DNA from: the human T2T-CHM13v2.0 reference genome, Homo sapiens
DNA: 64,000 nt
NCBI RefSeq assembly: GCF_009914755.1
Contig: NC_060938.1
Direction: 5' to 3' (one strand)
Shown: positions 46,200 to 59,602 of the stretch, piece after piece
Layout of the letters: each line of letters starts with the position of its first letter
Numbering within the stretch: position 1 is the first letter of the stretch
Notes under the pieces: model-generated
The model's input: the letters and a program-made list of their open reading frames with translations, nothing else
What the model was told of the DNA's origin: nothing
The model's database searches: none
Made by a program: the position numbers and the translations under genes

Positions 46200-46665
46200 G
46201 GAGCTGGGGCAGCTAAGGGAGTGCTGGCATCACCCCTCCCTTAACCTCAGAGTGCACAGGTCTCAGGTCCAAAAGAGACCTCTTCCTTTCCACTTGAGGA
46301 GAGGGGAGGACTTTGTCTTTCATCTAGGATACCGCCTCAGCTCCAGCAGGATAGGGTACTGACCAGAGTTGTGAGGCCCCTGTTTCAGGCCTTAGCTCCC
46401 AGAAAACATTTTTAGACACACCATGGGCCAGAAGGGAACCCACTGACTTGAAGGGAAGACCCAGTCCTGGCAGCATTTATTATCTGCTAACTGAAGAGCC
46501 CTTGGGCCCCAAATAACCAGCAGCAATACCCAGGCACTATATCAAGGGCCTTGGGTGGGATTCTGATATTTGCTGACTTCAAGTGAGACTCAGTACATAA
46601 CCAGCGGTGGTGGCTATGGGGTGAAACTCCTTCTGCTTGAAAAAAGCAGAGGGAAAAGTAAACGG
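46200..46665 (+). mobile_element. Internal fragment of an older L1 5'UTR (L1M1/L1MA-like)
   Basis: GGAGTGCTGGCATCACCCCTCCC..GGGCCAGAAGGGAACCCACTG..CTAACTGAAGAGCCCTTGGGCC..AGCAGAGGGAAAAGTAAA. Confidence 0.75.
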
Positions 46666-48244
46666 AAATGCTTGGGAATTTACTTACCAACTCCTGCATC
46701 CCAGTGCCCCCAGCTAGTAGCCAGTGATATGATGGATGAGCACGGAAGTACAAATGTCCAGCTTCTTCTCCATGAAGCAGGTCAAGCCCATTATAGTTGA
46801 CACTCTATTAATTCTCCCCATGAAATCAGGCTAAGTGTGAGACATTACTTGAAACCACATTTTTTTCTTGGTTTCTTCCCCTTTCCAGTCTGGCTTCCTG
46901 TGCTCCTAAAAGCATTTTCTCAATAATTCTCTTAAACTTGATTCCTTACTTCTGGATTTTTCTAGGAAAACCTAACTTAAGAGAAAAGAGAAATAAAAAC
47001 ATCTCATGGCTTCAGACATGTGGAGTTTGGCTGCATTTTATAACTCAATGATTTACTTTACCCATAGAACATATCAAGAACATTTTCTGAGGTGGACCGA
47101 GTCACCTCATGATCACTCGCAGAGGCCACACACTTCTTTCTAAATATTCCACTACCTGTTTTCCTGTCACCCCTTGTATCACCTTGCAGCTGTGCCAGAC
47201 TCAGCCGGTCACTGTGGACAAAGATCCTGCAAACATCCCACTTTGCCCTAGACACGGGGCACTATAACCCAGCATTGACACCCAGATTTAAAAGTGAAAA
47301 ATCAAGAATTATAACAACTGATCTCAACAAGAGCTATATTAGGAACAGTGATCTCAATTATCTAATCCAAACTTTGTGCCATGATGACATACATCTTTCT
47401 AATGGTTTATTATGAAGGAAAAATTCAGGTCCCTGGCACTTTTTCCTACTAAGCCCACAAAGATATGCTATTGGCCCCTGTGAAGCATGTTACATCAGGT
47501 CAGTATTAATACTACCGCTATATGATTATAAAATAACTGTCCTAAAAAGTGAAAGCTCTTTCTAGTATTATATATATTGCATTCATTTGTACTTCAAATC
47601 TACTTAAGAGAACTTGCTATATGCTTTTCAGAATTAGAAACCAAAGAGAAAAAAATTCATGAATAATGTATATTCTTATTTTTATTCTTATCCAGCATAA
47701 GAAAGACCTAGAAGGTAAATTTTATTTTATTTTTTTTTTCACTTAGAATAACATAGTTGAGTTAGGACAGGAAAGTGAGCCACTGGCAAAGTCTGAATCC
47801 TTTCATGTGAAACAGAGTAGGTTTTTTGTTTTTTTATTTGTTTGTTTTTTGTTTTTTTGCACAGTGTCTTCTCCCACCAAGTAGTTTTCACAATTTCACT
47901 GTGCTAATTTAACATTTTATTCAATAAAAAAATAAAATTTGCCATAATTAGTCCTCTTAGAAAAGGTAGCAAAGGGCTTCAAATCTGAGCCAGCAATTTA
48001 TTGCATGAATCTTGTAAGTTGTATAAAGATGATGAACCATGAATTTGAATTACTAAATTATATGAAGATTATGAATCATATTTCAATAGGCCACTTTTTT
48101 ATGTAAGACAAACCAATTAAGAAGCATGAACAACACAACTAAAAAGCATTCAAGGATTATGGTGGTAACTGAATAAAATGAGAGTAAGGCTCCATAGTGA
48201 CGGTACTGATGTCAAGCAAGAGTATTGAAGAGTGTAGTAGTGTC

Positions 48245-48450
48245 AGGGTTAGCAGCATGGTTATCACCACAGTTCTGGAAAGCAGTAAGTTGCATGTTTG
48301 ATTCCCAACTCCAGCACTGTGGAGCTGTGTGCCTTTGAGAAAGTTACTTCACCCCTGTGGGTATAATTTCCCAGATCTGTAAAATGGGGCTCATAATACC
48401 CTTCATAGGGTCCAGGTATGGATTAAAGGTGATATGCATATGTAATAAGA
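48245..48450 (+). mobile_element. MIR
   Basis: GCTGTGTGCCTTTG..ATCTGTAAAATGGGGCTCATAATACC. Confidence 0.75.
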
Positions 48451-48987
48451 TGGAGAAATATTTATTCACCAGCACTCCAGAAAATTTGAAGAAGATAGAA
48501 ACTGCCTCATCAGGGCAGCCTATCCCTATTCCACCCTCATTTCTAAGAGGAGCAGTTGAAAGGCTGAACAATACTTCTCAAAGAAATGCCTACTGTGGCA
48601 GGGTCAAGAGGGATGAATGCAGGTTTGGTGGGGGTGGGAGGAGGTGTTAGAAACATTTTTTGAGGAAAACATATGAGATTATCTTTGTGAATTGGAGGTA
48701 ACAAAAAATTTATTGGAGAGGTCACAGTGAACAATAACCATAAACAAAAAATTGATAATTAGATTTCACCAAAATTAAGAACTTCTGCTCATTATTGTAT
48801 ACCACTAGCAAAATTAATAAGACTACTAATCTAACAAAGCACTGTTATCAAGGATTTAACAAAGAATACAGTAAACAACCCTCAAAAATGGGCAAAAATT
48901 TGAATAAACACTTTATAAAATAAGACATACAAATGACCAGTTATCATACAAATATATTCAGTGTCATTAAGTAATTAGAGAGATACA

Positions 48988-49073
48988 TTTTTTTACTTTT
49001 ATCTTAAGTTCAGGGGTACATGTGCAGGTTTATTATACAGGTAAAACTTATGTCATGGGGGTTTATTGTGCAG
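48988..49073 (-). mobile_element. ~85-bp L1PA13-16-like terminal 3' fragment
   Basis: TTAAGTTCAGGGGTACATGTGCAGGTTT; TSD ATTAGAGARATRCA at 48974 and 49074. Confidence 0.85.
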
Positions 49074-49557
49074 ATTAGAGAAATGCAAATTAAAACCACA
49101 ATAAGATACCACTACAATACCCACCAGAATGGCTAAAATAAAAAATATGGGCAACATCAAATATTGGCAAAGTTATAGAGCAATTAGACATCTCATACAT
49201 ATTGGTAGGAATATAAAATAACACAATCCTTTGGGAAAAGGTTTGTCAGTTTTAAAAATAACACTGAACATAGGCCTAACCTGTGACCTACCAATTCTAC
49301 TTCATGATGTCTACTTTTACCCTAAAATAAAAACATATATTCACAAAAAGACGTGTACAAGAATTTTCACAGCAGCTTTATTTATAACAGCCAGAAACTG
49401 GGCATTGCCCAGGCATCCATCACCAGGAGAATACAGAAGTAAACTGGTACAATGGAACATTGCTCAGCAATAAAAAGAAAAGAATTACTAGTGAATGCAA
49501 CAATGTGGGTGGATCTCAGAAACATGCTGCAAGAAAGCAGCTACAGCACACACTATA

Positions 49558-49987
49558 TGTTGAGAACTGTGAGAGGTCTGAGATTTTACCCTACTTTCAA
49601 GCTAAACAGTTAGTCTGCCACCTTTTTATGGATGTTGGTAAAAGACATAAGACTCCTGGGTCAGAGAAAAAATGACTTTATTACTCACAGCTGTACCAGT
49701 AGCCAGAGTATCAGCATTTTCTTGAGCTGATTTCCCAAGCCCAGTTCCTACAGAGTGACATGAAGAGGGCCAAGTGATACCTGCACAGGCAGTGAAGAGG
49801 ATCCCTAAGCTTAGTGAACCTGCATCTTCTATAGTACTCTTTGCTCCTGAGGGAGATACTATCTCTGTATTCCAAAACCGCTAGCTAATCAACATTTTTG
49901 AAAAGAGTCTGGAACAAAGGCTGTAAGTGTCTGTGCTAGCAAGATGTGGAGAAATGTGAGCAATCCATGGAGAACTGTATCCCAACA
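49558..49987 (-). mobile_element. Solo ERV LTR (ERVL-type, possibly LTR47-like)
   Basis: TGTTG...CAACA termini, 5-bp TSD CTATA/CTGTA; TTTATT (AATAAA on -) at ~49677. Confidence 0.75.
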
Positions 49988-50348
49988 CTGTATAATTCCA
50001 CTTACATAAAATTCTAGAGGCAGCGAATTCATTTATGGTAGAAAACAACCAGAACAGTGCTTTCCTCTGGTGGTGGTTAGAGGAGGTAGTGGTGGTAGGG
50101 AACTTTCTGATAGGGCTTTCAGTTATATAGATGTATACATTTGTCAAAACTCAGTGAAAGTACACTTAAAATATGTGCATTTCATTTTAAGTAAATTTTA
50201 TATCACACCAAAGACTAAACAAATATTGAACTCCGGGAAATGATATGCATGCTGAGGTAGTTAGAGGGGAAGCATAGCCTACTATCCGCAATTTACTTTG
50301 AAAGCACCAAAAGTAAGCTGGATTAGTGGATTGAAAAAGGGATGAGCA

Positions 50349-52374
50349 TTTTTTTGGATGAGTCCTTAGGGTTTTCCAGGTATATGATAATATCACTGGC
50401 AAACGGCAACAATTTGACTTCCTCTTTTCCAATTTAGATGCCCTTTATTTCTTTCTCTCGTCTGATTGCTCTAACCAGGACTTCCAGTACTATGTTGACT
50501 ATAAGTGGTGAAAGTGGGCATCCTTGTCTTGTTCCAGTTCTCAGGGGCAATGCTTTCAGCTTTTCTCCATTCAGTATGATGTTGGCTGTGGGTTTGTCAT
50601 ATATTGCTTTTATTACTTTGAGGTAAGTCCCTTCTATGACTGTTTTGTTGAGGGTTTTTATCATAAAGCAATGCTGGATTTTAGCAAATGTTTTATCTGC
50701 ACCTATTGAGATGATCATATGGTTTTTGTTTTTAATTCTGTTTATGTCATATGTCACATTTATTGACTTGTGTATAAAGACTTAAATCAAGACCTGAAAC
50801 CATAAAAATTCTAGAAGATAGCATCAGAAAAACTCTTCTAGACATTGGCTTAGGCAAAGAATTCATGACTAAGACCCCAAAAGCAAATGCAACAACAACA
50901 AAAAATAAATAAATGGGACCCAATTAAACTAAAACGCTCAGCAAAGGAAATAATCAGCAGAGTAAATAGACAACCCACAGAGTGGAAGAAAATATTCACA
51001 AACTATGCATCTGACAAAGGACTACTATGCAGAATCTACAAGGAACTCAAATCAGCAAGAGAAAAACAAGTAATCCCATCGAAAAGCAGGCAAAGGTTGA
51101 TTCCATGTCTTTGCTATTGTGAATAGTGCTGCAATGAACACATACGTGAATAAGAAAATATGGTACATATACACCATGGAATACTATGCAGCCATAAAAA
51201 GGAACTAGATCATGTCCTTTGCAGCAACATGGATAGATCTGGAAGCCATTAACCTCAGCAAACTAACACAGGAACGGAAAACCAAACACCACATGTTCTC
51301 ACTTATAAATGGGAGCTGAACAATGAGAACACATGGACGCAGGGGCAACACACACTGGGGCCTGTCATGGGGATGGGGGAAGAGAGAGCACCAGGATAAA
51401 AGCTATGCCTGCAGGGCTTAATACCTAGGTGATGGGTTGACATGTGCAGCAAACCATCATGGCACATATTTACCTATGTAACAAACTTGCACATCCTGCA
51501 CATGTATCCTGGAACTTAAAATTAATTTTTTTAAAAAGTAGGCAAAGGATATGAATAGACAATTCTCAAAAGAAGATATAAAAACAGCCAACAAACATAT
51601 AAAAATACTCTATATCACTAATTATCAGGGAAATTCAAATTAAAACCACAATGAGATACCACCTTACTCTGGCAAGAATGGCCATAATTAAAAAGTCAAA
51701 AAACAATGGCTGTTGGCATGGATGTGGTGAAAAGAGAACACTTTTACACTGCTGGTGGGAATGTAAACTAGTACAACCAATGTGGAAAACAGTGTGGAGA
51801 TTCCTTAAAGAACTAAAAACAGGACAACCATTCAATCCAGCAATCCCACTACTGGGACCTACCCAGAGGAAAATAAGTCATTATATGAAAAAGACACTTG
51901 CACACACATGTTTATAGCAGTACAACTCGCAATTGCAAAAATATGAAACCAGCCTAAATGCCCATCAACCAATGAGTGGATAAAGAAAATGTGGTATATA
52001 CACACTATGGAATACTACTTAGCCATAAAAAGGAGCAAAATATCTTTTGCAGCAACGTGGGTGGAGCTGGAGGCCATTATTCTAAGTGAAGTAGCTCAGG
52101 AATGGAAAACCAAATACCATATGTTCTCACTTATAAGTAGGAGCTAAGCTATGAGGATGCAAAGGAATAAGAATGATATAATGGCCTTTGGGGACTTGAG
52201 GGAAATGTTGGGAATGGGGAAAGAGATAAAAGACTACATATTAGGTACAGGGTAAACTACTTGGGTGATGGGTGCACCAAAACCTCAGAAATGACCACTA
52301 AAGACCTTATCCATGTAACCAAAAACCTTCTTTACCCCCAAAACTATTGAAAAAAAAATAAAAATTAATTATTT
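50349..52374 (+). mobile_element. L1PB-like insertion with 5' inversion (inverted ~50349-50774, sense ~50775-52374)
   Basis: ORF 50434..50757(-) RT segment, then sense ORF2 C-terminus and 3'UTR; TSD AAAAAGGGATRARCA at 50334 and 52375. Confidence 0.92.
51097..51533 (+). mobile_element. L1PA 3' end with 5' inversion, nested in the L1PB
   Basis: Antisense ~51095-51148, sense ~51149-51533; TSD AAAAGYAGGCAAAGG at 51082 and 51534. Confidence 0.9.
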
Positions 52375-52912
52375 AAAAAGGGATAAACAGATGGGTAGCT
52401 ATGCATAAAGCAAGTATCGTAATGTGTTAATGATAGACTCTAGATGGTGTGTATATAGGTATTCTATTTAAAGTTAACTTGCTGTTTGAGTGTTTTTATG
52501 ACTACGATGTTGAAGAAATAAATGAAAGTCTATAAGGATAAGACAAAGACATAGATGAACATGAAAAGGCAGTCTTTGAAAAACCATAAAAGAAAACAAA
52601 TGAGATGACTAATGATTTTTTAAACTTGCCTATAGGCAAAATGCTCCCCTTCACACATACATATATGCATAAAATGAAAGGGTAAATGATACACTGTGGA
52701 AAATAAGTACAATATATCTGATAGTTCAACTACTAAGAGTTCTCAGAAATAAAAAAAAAATTATTAATACCAGTTGAAAAATGGGCAAGGGTCATGAACA
52801 GGCAATTCACAAAAAAAGAATATAAAAATTAATAATCTGTTACAAACAAAAGAGGCAGCATCACTAGTAATCAAACAGATGCAAACTAAAATATAAATAA
52901 GATGACATTTGC

Positions 52913-55900
52913 CTTGCTAGGTTGGGGAAATTATCCAGGATCCATATTCAAATTCAGGAAATACAGAGAATATCACAAAGATACTCCTTGAGAAGAGCAA
53001 CCCCAAGACAAATAATCATCAGATTCGCCAAGGTTGAAATGAAGGAAAAAATGTTAAGGGCAGCAAGAGAGAATGGTTGGGGTACCCACAAAGGGAAGCC
53101 TATCAGACAAACAGCAGATTTATCTGCAGAAACCCTACAAGCCAGAAGAGAGTGGAGGGCTAATATTAAACATTTTTAAAGAAAAGAATTGTCAACCCAG
53201 AATTTCATATCCAGCCAAACTAAGCTTCATAAGTGGAGAAATAAAATCCTTTACAGACAAGGAAATGCTGAGAGATTTTGTCACCACCAGGCCTGCCTCA
53301 CAAGGGCTCCTGAAGGAGGCACTAAACATGGAAAGGAACAACTGTGCAAGCCACTGCAAAAACATGCCAATTGTAAAGATCATCGATCCTATGAAGAAAA
53401 TGCATTAACTAACAAGCAAAATAACCAGCTAGCATCATAATGGGAGGATCAAATTAACACATAACAATATTACCCTTAAATGTAAATGGGCTAAATGCCC
53501 CAATTAAAAGACACAGACCCACAAATTGGATGAAGAGTCAACACCCACTACTGTGCTGTATTCAGGAGACCCATCGCAAGTGCAAAGATACACACAGGCT
53601 CAAAATAAAGGGATGGAGGAATATTTACCAAGCAAATGGAAAGAAAAAAAAAAAGAAAGCAGGGTTTGCAATCCTAGTCTCTGATAAAACAGACTTTAAA
53701 CCAACAAAGATCAAAAGAATCAAAGAAGGGCATTACGTAATGGTAAATGGATCAATGCAACAAGAAGAGCTAACTCTCCTAAATATATATGCACCCAATA
53801 CAGGAGCACCCAGATTCATAAAGCAAGTTCTTATGGACCTTCAAAGAGACTTAGACTCCCACACAGTAATAGTGGGAGACTTTAACACCCCACTGTCAAT
53901 ATTAGACAGATCAATGAGACAGAAAATTAACAAGAATATCCAGGACTTGAACTCAGCTCTGAACCAAGTGGAACCTAATAGACATCTACAGAACTCTCCA
54001 TCCCAAATCAACAGAATATACATTCTTCTCAGCACATCACACTTATTCTAAAATTGACCACATAATTGGAAGTAAAACACTCCTCTGCAAATGCAAAAGA
54101 ATGAAAATCATAACAAAGAGTCTCTCAGACCACACTGCAATCAAATTAGAACTCAGGATTAAGAAACTCACTCAAAACCGCACAACTACACGGAAACCGA
54201 ACAACCTGCTCCTGAATGACTACTGGGTAAATAATGAAATGAAGGCAGAAATAAATAAGTTCTTTGAAACCAATGAGAACAAAGACACAGTGTACCAGAA
54301 TCTCTGTGACACATTTAAAGCAGTTTATAGAGGGAAATGTACAGCACTAAATGCCCACAGGAGAAAGGAGGAAATATCTAAAATTGACACCCTAATACCA
54401 CAATTAAAAGAACTAGAGAAGCAGGAGCAAACAAATTTAAAAGCTAGCAGAAGACAAGAAATAACTAAGATTAGAGCAGAACTGAAGGAGAGAGCGACAC
54501 AAAAGACCCTTCAAAAAATCAATGAATCCAGGAGCTGGTTTTTTCAAAAGATTAACAAAATAGTAGACCAGTAGCCAGACTAATAAAGAAGAAAAGAGAG
54601 AAGAATCAAATAGATGCAATAAAAAATGATAAAGGGGATATCTCCACTGATCCCACAGAAATACAAACTACCATCAGAGAATACTATAAACACCTCTATG
54701 CAAATAAACTAGAAAATCTAGAAGAAATGGATAAATTCCTAGACACATACACCCTCCCAAGACCAAACCAAGAAGAAGTCGAATCCCTGAATCGACCAAT
54801 AACGAGTTCTGAAATTGAGGCAGCAATTAATAGCCTACCAACCAAAAAAAGCCCAGGACCAGACAGATTCATAGCCAAATACTACCAGAGGCACAAAGAG
54901 GAGCTGGTACCATTCCTTCTGAAACTATTCCAAACAAAGAAAAGGAGGGAATCCTCCCTAACTCATTTTATGAGGCTAGCATCATCCTGATACCAAAACC
55001 TGGCAGAGACCCAACAAAAAAAGGAAATTTCAGGCCAATATACCTGATGAACATTGACACAAAAATTCTTAATAAAATACTGGCAAACCGAATCCAGCAG
55101 CACATCAAAAAGCTTATCCACCACGATCAAGTCAGCGTCATCCGTGGGATGCAAGTCTGGTTCTACATTAGCAAATCAATAAACATAACCCATCACATAA
55201 ACAGAATCAATGACAAAAACCACATGATTATCTCAACAGATGTAGAAAAGGCTTTTGACAAAATTCAACAGCCCTTCATGCTAAAAACTTTCAATAAACT
55301 AAGCGTTGATGGAATGTGTCTCAAAATAATAAAGGCTATTGATGACAAATCCACAACCAATATCATACTGAATCGGCAAAAGCTGGAAGCATTCCCTTTG
55401 AAAACCGGCACAACACAAGGATGCCCTCTCTCACCACTCCTATTCAACATATTGGAAGTTCTGGCCACAGCAATTAGGCAAGAGAAAGAAATAAAGGGTA
55501 TTCGAAAAGGGAAAGAGGAAGTCAAATTGTCTGTTTGCAGATGACATGATTGTATATTTAGAAAACCCCACGGCCTCAGCCCCAAATCTCCTTAAGCTGA
55601 TAAGCAACTTCAGCAAATTCTCAGGATACAAAATCCATGTGCAAAAATCACAAACATTCCTATACTCCAATAATAGACAAACAGAGAGCCAAATCTTGAG
55701 TGACTTCCCATTCACAATTGCTACAAAGAGAATAAAATACCTAGGAATTCAACTTATAAGGGATGTGAAGGACCTCTTCAAGGAGAACTACAAACCACTG
55801 CTCAAGTAAATAAGAGAGGACACAAACAAATGGAAAAACATTCCATGCTCACAGATAGGAAGAATAAATATCATCAAAATGGCCATACTGCCCAAAGTGA

Positions 55901-57597
55901 TTTATAAATTCAATGTTCTTCCCATCAAGCTACCATTGACTTTCTGCGAAGAATTGGAAAAAAACTACCTTTAAATTTGATGTGGAATCAAAAAAGAGCC
56001 CATATAAGCCAAGACAATCCTAAGCAAAAAGAACAAACCTGGAAGCCATCACGCTACTGACTTCAAACTATTCTATAAGGTTACAGTAACCAAAACAGCA
56101 TGGTCCTGGTACCAAAACAGATATATAGACCAATGCAACAGAACAGAGGCCTCAGAAGTAACACCACACATCTACCACCACCTGATCTTTGACAAACCTG
56201 ATGAAAACAAGCAATGGGGAAAGGATTCCCTATTTAATAAATGGTGTTGGGAAAACAGGCTAGCCATATGCAGAAAGCTGAAACTGGATCCCTTCCTTAC
56301 ACCTTATACGTAAATTAACTCTAGATGGATTAAAGACTTAAAGGTAAGTCCTAAACCCATAAAAACCCTAGAAGAAAACCTAGGCCATGACATTCAGGAC
56401 ATTGGCAAATAACCTTATATAAAATGATACAAAATTTAACAAAAATTAACTCAAGTTGGATTACAGACTTAGACATAAGACCTAAAACCATAAAAACTCT
56501 AGAAGAAAACCTAGGGCATACCATTCAGGACACTGGCATGGGCAAAGACTTCATGACTAAAACACCAAAAGCAATGGCAACAAAAGCCAAAATTGACAAA
56601 TGGGATCTGATTAAACTAAAGAGTTTCTGTAGGACAAAAGTATCATCACAGTGAACAGGAACCTACAGAATGGGAGAAAATTTTTGCAATCTATCCTTCT
56701 GACAAAGGGCTAATATCCAGAATCTACAAAGGACTTAAACAGATTTACAAGAAAAAAACAACCCCATCAAAAAGTGGGCAAAGGATATGAACAGACACTT
56801 CTCAAAAGAAGACATTTATGTGGCCAATAAACATAGGAAAAAAAGCTCATCATCACTGGACATTAGAGAAATGCAAATCAAAACCACAATAAGATACCAT
56901 CTCACGCCAGTTAGAATGGCAATCACTAAAAAGTTAGGAAACAACAGATGCTGGTGAGGATATGGAGAAATAGGAACACTTTTACACTGTTGGTTAGAGT
57001 GTAAATTAGTTCAGTCATTGTGGAAGACAGTGTGGCGATTCCTCAAGGATCTAGAACTAGAAATAGCATTTGACCCAGCAATCCCGTTACTGGGTATATA
57101 CCCAAAGGAGTATAAATCATTCTACTATAAAGACACATGAACACGTATGTTTATTGTGGCACTGTTCACAATAGCAAAGACTTGGAACCAAGCCAAATGC
57201 CCATCAATGATAGACTGGATAAAGAAAATGTGGCACATATACACCATGGAATACTATGTAGCCATAAAAAAGATGAGTTCATGTCCTTTGCAGGGACATG
57301 GATGATGCTGGAATCTGTCATTCTCAGGAAACTAACGCAAGAATAGAAAACCAAACACTGCATGTTCTCACTCATAATTGGGAACTGAACAATGAGAATA
57401 TATGGACACAGGGAGCGGAACATCACACACCTGTCATGGGGTAGGGGGCTAGGGGAGGGATAGCATTAGGAGAAATACATAATGTAGATGACGGATTGAT
57501 GGGTGCAACAAACTACCATGGCACATGTACACCTATGCAATAAACATGCACGTTCTGCACATGTACTCCAGAACTTAAAGTATAATGAAAAAAAAAA
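52913..57597 (+). mobile_element. L1PA7/8-like element from mid-ORF1 to polyA, with a 29-bp 5' inversion and an internal 96-bp duplication
   Basis: ORF1 pieces 52922..53408; EN 53530..54051; RT 55047..55544; TSD AAGATG(A/C)CATTTGC at 52899 and 57598. Confidence 0.97.
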
Positions 57598-57689
57598 AAG
57601 ATGCCATTTGCGGTTTTTGCTACTTACTTGGCAAAGAAATTTTAAATTATAATACCCAGTGTTGGTGTGGATATGAAGCTGATTTAACT

Positions 57690-57820
57690 GGCCAGACTGT
57701 ATGAGTCTGAATCCTAGTTCCTCCACTTAACAAGCTGACTGACCTTGGGCAAGGCACTTAATCTCACTGTGTCTCAATGTCCTCATTTATAATACTGGAA
57801 AAATAATAATATCTATTAAA
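57690..57820 (+). mobile_element. MIR
   Basis: TGACCTTGGGCAAGGCACTTAATCTCACTGTGTCTCAATGTCCTCATTTAT. Confidence 0.8.
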
Positions 57821-59264
57821 TTAATGCACTCCATTTCAACAGTGTTTTAGTTACAGATAATAGGGCAACAGTCCAAACACTTCATTCCACTCCCTACCAA
57901 AAAATCACAGTATGTAGATTATTGGGCAGGTAAGAGCGGAGTATTAACAAGGTCTTAATCATGAACTCAATCATGGTGGGAGGGACTCTGTTCTACGGAA
58001 AAAAATTAATCTCAAGTATTTTTAGATAAACATATAGCTAACTTGTCATACAAAGATTACCTGGTTGTCTGCAAACACATAGCTAATTCATTTTCTGAGT
58101 AGTCTAAATGTAAAACTAGTGCATTATTTTATCCCCAGAAGTAAAACATTTACTATAGCGAGCAGAAAGGAATGTACATCTTATAGATACTTTCACAAAG
58201 TCATTTGAATTTTTATTTACTTTTTTCCTTTAATAAACAAGATAGAACAAAAATAAAATTATTTCAGCAAAAGGTTTTTCTACCACTGGACAAGTTAAGA
58301 AAAATGCAATGAAAGAAAGAGAAGACACTTTAAAAGCTGGGTTAAGTTTTAAATTTAGCAACATCTAAGAGCCAGAGCAATCCTGGAACCATTTTAGGAT
58401 CGCCTTTTCCCCTTCAATCATAGCAGCTCTGGAATCGTCATTGCCTGCTTCTACAGGCTTTTTCTTCCTACTTGTCTAAGGGCTGGGTATATACCAGGTT
58501 GCAGAACTTGAGCATCAACTCCCAGTTGAAATCACAGACATCTCCTCCCTTTCCTGCAAATGCCTGGACATTTTTAAAGTACTGCTTTCAAGTGCCCTTT
58601 CCCCTTTACTACTATTTTGTGACAAATTTCCTGTCACTTTTGACTTTTAAAATTGGTCTACTCCAGTTAAAAAACGTCAGCCTAAATACTTGATTCAGCC
58701 TATGACTCCCTCCCTGGTCATAGACTAGACTAGGGGCTCACAGGACTTCCAGTAGGAAAGGGGCTATGGGCTGCCTCTGATCTCTCTTCTATCCACCCAA
58801 GCCCAACTCCTCTGGGGTTGGGGTGGGAGCTGAACAGAAGGGCAGAATGTTCCTACATAGGAGTGGCCATCTGATGGTGGGAGTTGTCTCTCATCTCTTT
58901 TCTGGTTCACTTTGGTACCAGGTGATGCTGGTGGGAGGCTTGCATGGCTTTCTTGGTGTGGGGTTCATTTGCCTTCTAGGTCCCTTCATCAGTGAGCAAG
59001 CCTCTCCAGCCGCAGGGCACTCATGCCTCTCTATAACTCATCCCCTCCATTATTCTCTGCCTTCTAGGGGAGCCATGAGAATCACAGCTTCTCCCTTTCA
59101 TACCCTCCCAGTGCCTTGGAGAGCTGAATGGGGTAGGGGATGATATTGCCACCTTCTTCCCAACATCCCACGCCGCTGCTGGCACAGGCTGTTCCTCGGG
59201 CCTCTCTAGACCACAAATGAGCACCAGTCTCTATGTTTGCAGCCCCCACCCTAGGCCTCTGGCG

Positions 59265-59602
59265 CAGCAGTCCCCACACTTTTTGGCACCGGGGACTGTT
59301 TTTTCCAAGGACAATGGGGTGAAGGGATGGCTTCAGGATAAAACTTCCACCTCAGATCACCAGGCATTAGATTCTCATAAGGAGCATGCAACCTAGATCC
59401 CTCACATGTGCAGTTCACAATAGGGTTCGAGCTCCTATGAGAATCTAATGCCGCCACTCATCTGAGAGGAGGCAGAGCTCAGGTGGTAATGCTCACTTGC
59501 CTGCTGCTCACCTCCTGCTGTGTAGCTGGGTTCCTAACAGGCCACAGAACAGTACCAGTGTGCAGCCAGGAGGTTGGGGAGCCTGGGGGTTTGGAACCTC
59601 TG
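59265..59602. mobile_element. MER1B (hAT-Charlie)
   Basis: CAGCAGTCCCCACACTTTTTGGCACCGGGGACTG..CATTAGATTCTCATAAGGAGC..CTCCTATGAGAATCTAATG. Confidence 0.92.

Larger units (their letters stand above)
48735..50345 (+). mobile_element. Old L1M (L1ME/MD-like) ORF2 end and 3'UTR, host to several insertions; resumes at ~52380-52500
   Basis: AAATGCAAATTAAAACCACAATAAGATACCACTAC..CACCAGAATGGCTAAAAT; GTATACATTTGTCAAAACTCAGTGAAAGTACACTTAAAATATGTGCATTTCA. Confidence 0.8.
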
